A stretch of 64,000 nt of DNA, taken from Eledone cirrhosa (Eukaryota). Position numbers and translations under genes: made by a program. Position 1 is the first letter of the stretch; every line of letters starts with the position of its first letter. Below are positions 58,232 through 64,000 of this stretch, piece after piece. The DNA is taken from contig OZ024742.1 of assembly GCA_964016885.1 (NCBI GenBank), forward strand, positions 99,076,001-99,140,000, given 5' to 3'. Under the pieces are notes generated by a model that was given only the letters and a program-made list of their open reading frames with translations, had not been told where the DNA came from and did not search any database.

Positions 58232-61000
58232 ATTATTTATTCGAAGTAATCCAACTTATTTTACTAATGGGATAAACAATTATAAACAGTACGCAGTCCC
58301 GCACTCCTTACTTTATTATAGTTTAGATTTACTTACTCAAAAATACAACGGTGTCACTATTTTCACTATCTAATATATATACATATATATATATATATAA
58401 ATATATATATATAAAACAATGGTAAACAATACAACATCAATATATTTATATAGTAGTAAGAAATGTTCAGGAGAGATGGACAGCAGAAGGACTTCAGAGA
58501 AGAAACCCTACAGAAGCAAATGTGCACGTCCTGTATATGTACTTGTATGTGAGTATGGCTGCGTGTCTATGTATACGTGCGTATTGATGTCACTGAGATT
58601 TTTTGCCGGTCTTCTTGAAGTATATTTTTTCTCTTAATACTAGCTCTTGTTCATATAACTCTTGCATTGTCACCTATGTCACACAAATGAAGTATTGTTG
58701 AGCAATGTTAGCCATAATCTCACCTGCAAAATGAAGCTGTATTCTAATTTAATTTAGACACTCACTGCAATAATCTTTTCATCATACATTGAGCCATTTG
58801 TGAGTTGTTGTTATTTACCTCCAAGTCTCCTTCTAACATATACAGCAGATGTACATATGATCAAATATATTCCAGTCGGGATGAATCAGCGCATCATTTA
58901 TTAAGAAAGAATATTTAAGACAAATATAATGTACCCTTCTATTTCTTTTTAAATAGGGCAAGTTGTGATTTGAACGGGACTTCACTGTTATTTCTGGCCG
59001 ATCTAGTGATCCTATAGAGTCTTTCCTCGTTGGTAAGTTGAAAGATATGTATGGTAATCTGTATTAATTCCGATGGAGTGGAAGGGTGGTGGAGTATATG
59101 CATTATAAACAATGAAGCCAGATGTTTGAAGCAGTGGGGCGCTGTCAGTATGTGATTGAATATGTACTATTTCTAGAAGCAAAAGTAAAACAAGATTCAT
59201 CAATCTAAATTAGAATCGTATTTAATGGAACACAATGTTTGTGAGAACTATTCGCTGACCTACTGAATATATATATATCCTTACTTTGTACGTATAATTT
59301 TGAATAAAATATTTTGTTGTTTCATTCATTTAGTCACATTTGAAGATATGATTTTTATCTCAACACACTAAACATTTTATTGTCAGTAAAGCAGCACCTG
59401 TTATAGTTGTTATTTTTGCTGAAGATGCTGCCATTGTAATTATTATAGATGTTTAGCCGGGATCAGGGCTGAATGAGCACACTTACGATCAGGATGATCC
59501 CATTCCTGATCATCATATATTTAGATTACATTGGACGCTGTATGCTTCATACTTTAAAACACCATGGTGTCTTTAAGGAGAAATTTAGCACTGAATTGTC
59601 AGAATCAGTAATGCGTCGCTGAAATACTATGCAGTATTTGTTTTGTTTTTTTACGTTCTGATTACAAATTACATCGAGGTCAAATTTGTGCTGAGATACC
59701 TGTTTCGGCTCTATGCATTCTGAGTTCAAATTCCGCTTCTCGTCACCTGAAAAGAGGTGGCTCTTCTGTCAGGAATTTCGACCGATACATAATATCAGAA
59801 ATAAAAAGACCGCCAAAAAGATAGTTCCCTTGTTTCGATCTGAGAATCTGTCCTATCTCTTCCCTTCCTTTTGTCTGCTATTCTTAGCTGTTCCATAGGC
59901 TTCTTAGGCGACTCCCTCGCTGGCCCCCGCCTGTTCCTCCCTATATACACGGGTACAATGTAATGGAATGTATCATGATCTAGTAATTGTATTTCTAACG
60001 GTGTTCATTCAAGATTGGTTGAGTCGGTTCTAGTCAGTGGATCTACCTCATCGCAAACGGTGATCGTCCGTCCACACAGAACGATCAGTGACGTCCAACA
60101 TAGAGATTATTAGCCAGTAACGATTCCAACGGCGGACACCATGTATGGAAGACCAGAAATTAGCTCAAGATTCGAATTCATAGTGATAAACCATTTTTCA
60201 ACTGTCAATCTCACTGGTTATATTATCACAGGAGGTGGGGGGGGGGGGTCAGAGATTTTCAAATGATTTCACGTCATAGCCGACAGTATGCGTTATCAAA
60301 ACAGTAGAGGTGCTTTCTTTTACGAAAATTTTGAGAGATTAGATTCAACAGTCATAACAAATGTCGGCAATTTGCACTTAATAACATGCCTAACGAAACA
60401 GAATTGATCAAAGATAAAAGCGGTCAAAACTTATGTCGTTATGAACTGATTAAGGTGGCCTACAGTATAATGTTAAGGAGAGGGTGTAAATTAACAGTCA
60501 TTTTTTCAAAACCGCTACGGATATGAACGCCTGGCTTGAATATATTGATGTTTCCATCCCTGGACACAAGGGAATTTTCTTATCATATCTAAGCATAATG
60601 GCGCTATTATTGTGACTTTATCGGACAAACGTACTTGATTATAGATAGGTGAATGTACCATTTTGAACGAGCTAGTGTTACATAGAAACAGTAAAATGCT
60701 AAGTAACGAATTATAAAACAACAGCTTTTAAAATAATGGGTTGACATAACGAGGAAGCCATCTGTGATACTCTCTATCAAGTACAAAAGATTATTTTCTT
60801 ATTAGTAGTAAGAGATAAGCAACACAGGAATAGTAATCAGAAACAAAAAAATCACACTTAGCCACACACTCGAACATATGTATATATGCACACACAGCTG
60901 CACACATATATATGAATATATTTATACCCACGAATACATTTGTGAATGTGTGTACACATTCATATATATATATATATATATATACATACATACACCCCCA

Positions 61001-61042
<42 letters not shown>

Positions 61043-61234
61043 TGTGTACACACATCCACAAATGTATTTGTGTGTGTATATATATTCACATATATGTGTG
61101 CAGATATGTGTGTATATATATACACGCGCACAAACACACACTCATGTATATTGATATATATGTGCATGCATATATTTATCTCTATCTATATGTACAGGGG
61201 GGAAGTCCATAATATTGACACTGTATTTGACGCG

Positions 61235-61307
61235 TTCTTCTTCTTCTTCTTCTTCTTCTTCTTCTTCTTCTTCTTCTTCTTCTTCTTCTTCTTCTTCTTC
61301 TTCTTCT

Positions 61308-61357
<50 letters not shown>

Positions 61358-61371
61358 TTCTTCTTCTTCTT
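61235..61371. repeat. compound microsatellite (TTC)n(GTC)n(TTC)n followed by a SINE 5' stub (61384-61430)
   Basis: Read directly from the sequence. Confidence 0.95.
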
Positions 61372-61703
61372 TAACATTATAACCGGCGGTGGATTGGCAG
61401 TATCGGTAGAGGGTCGGACACCATGCTTTGGTGATAGTTGGTCCTCAGTCAGTTTCGATAATGAATGTTCCAGTTGTTCGATCAACAGAACAGATGGTTT
61501 CTTAGATGAACTTGTAAGTAGTTGTATTCCACATATTTATATTAACATTATTCGGTGATACTCAGCATGACACAATATATGAGAAGACTGGTCCGCTGAT
61601 TACAGATACTTTAAATCCAATGAAACTCCTAACAAATTTCCTCTAAACAATTTAACAGAGATGATCAGAGTCGATCCCGGAGAATGGTTAAAATCTCCTG
61701 CTT

Positions 61704-62232
61704 ATAATTGTTTCTACTTTTGTCACAAGGCCAGCAATTATCCCAGTACATTACTGGTACTTTATTTTATCGACCCCGTAATGATGAAAGGCAAAGTTAA
61801 CCTTGGTGGGATTTGAACTCAGATCATAAAGCACCGTAACTCTATGCTGTAAAGCATGGTGCCTGACCCTTTCCTCATACTGCCAATACAATGTCCATTA
61901 TTTAGTAGCATGCGACTCCAACAATATTACAATAACAAACGTTTTAAGCAGGCGTTTCAAAGAATGTTTAAATAAATGTATTATTAATTAATAACATTGG
62001 AACAATATAATTAATAAAGGTTTCTGATTTAGGTGCAACCCCAATAGTTTGGTGGGGAGGAGAAAGTCGATTAAATCGAACCCAGGATGTTATTGAAACT
62101 TTATTTTATCAACTTCGTAAGGTTGAAAGATAAAGCTAAGCTCAGCGGGATTTGTACTCACAACGTAAAGAGCCGTACCAGTATGAAGCAAAAGCATTTG
62201 TCCAACGCTCTACCGATACTGCCAATCCACAA
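61704..62232 (-). mobile_element. two SINE copies (61704-61888; diverged 62010-62232)
   Basis: SINE core and A-box on the minus strand. Confidence 0.8.
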
Positions 62233-62457
62233 CACCTACGTAATTAATGTAATTAATAATAAAGGAAATTATTGATTAAGTATAATTTTTTTTAATTTAC
62301 TGTTTTCAATTATTAGACTGCGGTCATGCTGTAGCACCGCCTTGTAGTCCGTCATATCGGCTCCTGTTCATATATATTTATAAAAATAAATATATAAAAA
62401 TATATATATATATATACGATATTAACAAATGGAAATTATATTTATAAAACGATATCT

Positions 62458-62520
62458 ATTTTATTATACATATTTCAAGGATACCATGTTAAATTATGGT
62501 ATGCTTTCATCAGACAAAAT
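62458..62520 (-). ncRNA. type I hammerhead ribozyme family H
   Basis: auuuugu-CUGAUGA-aag c auaccau aauuuaac augguau c cuu-GAAA-UAUGUA-UA-auaaaau. Confidence 0.85.
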
Positions 62521-62593
62521 ACAAAATATACCAGTTTTATAAATAAATATTGACATACCCTTACAAAATGCAACCGTTACTTTTGGAAGACAT

Positions 62594-62649
<56 letters not shown>

Positions 62650-62690
62650 GATATGAAATAAATGGAAACTATATTTATAAAACCATATTT

Positions 62691-62753
62691 ATTTCATTAT
62701 AAATATTTCAGGGATGCCAAATTAAAATATAGTATGCCTTCATCAGACAAAAT
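62691..62753 (-). ncRNA. type I hammerhead ribozyme family H
   Basis: auuuugu-CUGAUGA-aggcauacua...uggcaucccu-GAAA-UAUUUA-UA-augaaau; aag/cuu changed to agg/ccu (compensatory). Confidence 0.82.
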
Positions 62754-62822
62754 ACAATATATAAACAGTTTTATAAATAATGTTGACGTACCCTATTGGA
62801 TGCGACCATTATTTTTGGAAGC

Positions 62823-62922
<100 letters not shown>

Positions 62923-63094
62923 AGTATATCTACTAACATATGCGTACAGATGTACGCTAATGCTAGCAAATACACAGGTTATGTCATAGTACCTAGGTGG
63001 TTCAATGCAGGAGGATGCAGAACAATAATATAAAAGACGTAAAATAAGAAAATTTAAAAAAATTAAAAAAATTAACTTACTTACTAAAATTTTC

Positions 63095-63176
63095 ACTCCA
63101 ACTAATTAGTTTCTGCAATGGGATAAAGACAGTTACGTAATCTAACTGTCGAGAATTCATTGCGTCATCAGGGAGT
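63095..63176 (-). ncRNA. type I hammerhead ribozyme family C
   Basis: acucc-CUGAUGA-c gcaaug [gacaguua..uaacuguc hairpin] cauugc a-GAAAC-UAAUUA-GUU-ggagu. Confidence 0.88.
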
Positions 63177-63637
63177 CTATTCTCAGCTAAGTCTCCAGGC
63201 AATGCGCGGACACTGGGGACTCATATAAAAATAATAATAATTCGGTAGATGGAACAGCTAGCGGGGACTGGATTCCATGCACTGAAAAGCTCGCTGTCAC
63301 TGGTCAAATGGCAGATTCTAAAGAATCAATCACGTGACACTGAGGCTAGTCGGTAAGAGTGGGATGGTAAGATGACAGAAGCCTACTATCACACCAATAA
63401 ATTAGTAGTGGTTTTGGCAGGTTTTCTCGACAAATAAGTAATTTGGAGATAAATATAGAGAATTTAGTATATCTACTAACATATGCGTACAGATGTACGC
63501 TAATGCTAGCAAATACACAGGTTATGTCATAGTACCTAGGTGGTTCAATGCAGGAGGATGCAGAACAATAATATAAAAGACGTAAAATAAGAAAATTTTA
63601 AAAAATTTAAAAAATTAACTTACTTACTAAAATTTTC

Positions 63638-63719
63638 ACTCCAACTAATTAGTTTCTGCAATGGGATAAAGACAGTTACGTAATCTAACTGTCGAGAATT
63701 CATTGCGTCATCAGGGAGT
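63638..63719 (-). ncRNA. type I hammerhead ribozyme family C
   Basis: Identical to 63095-63176, offset 543. Confidence 0.88.
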
Positions 63720-64000
63720 CTATTCTCAGCTAAGTCTCCAGGAAATGCGCGGACACTGGGGACTCATATAAAAATAATAATAATTCGGTAGTGGAACAGC
63801 TAGCGGGGACTAAATTCCATGCACTGAAAAGCTCGCTGTCACAGGTCAAATGGCAGATTCTAAAGAATCAATCACGTGACACTGAGGCAAATCGGTAGGA
63901 GTGGGATGGTAAGATGACAGAAGCCTACTATCACACCAATAAATTAGTAGTGGTTTTGGCAGGTTTGCTCGACAAATAAGTAATTTGGAGATAAATTTTA

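Noticed and set aside
60040-61560. Possible mariner/Tc1 transposase debris (KLTEDQL, TACAGGG end)
   Set aside because: Too decayed to delimit or confirm without a search

Overview
AT-rich eukaryotic, repeat-dominated DNA with no host gene I can support. Most track ORFs are translations of (TA)n/(CA)n microsatellites. The tRNA-derived SINE resembles octopod SINEs, so the source is probably a cephalopod (inference). Recognisable elements are three Penelope-like (Naiad-type, YRDD RT + C-terminal GIY-YIG) families with fold-back arms, a CRE-type, an R4/Dong-type and an RTE-type LINE, CR1-group LINE 3' ends, a non-autonomous Helitron and several SINEs with TSDs. The main signal is non-coding. Reading by eye gives roughly 25 type-I hammerhead ribozyme (HHR) motifs or remnants in about 8 sequence families. 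Three sit in tandem retrozyme-like arrays (490, 543 and 233 bp units), and several have variant cores (CAGANGA, CCGAAGA, UUGAAAA). At least five of these families carry the same covarying hairpin with a 2-nt pyrimidine bulge 3' of the HHR, and the shorter inverted arms stop just before it. This may be a shared cis signal for Penelope RT. All structures were folded by hand and need computational and biochemical confirmation.
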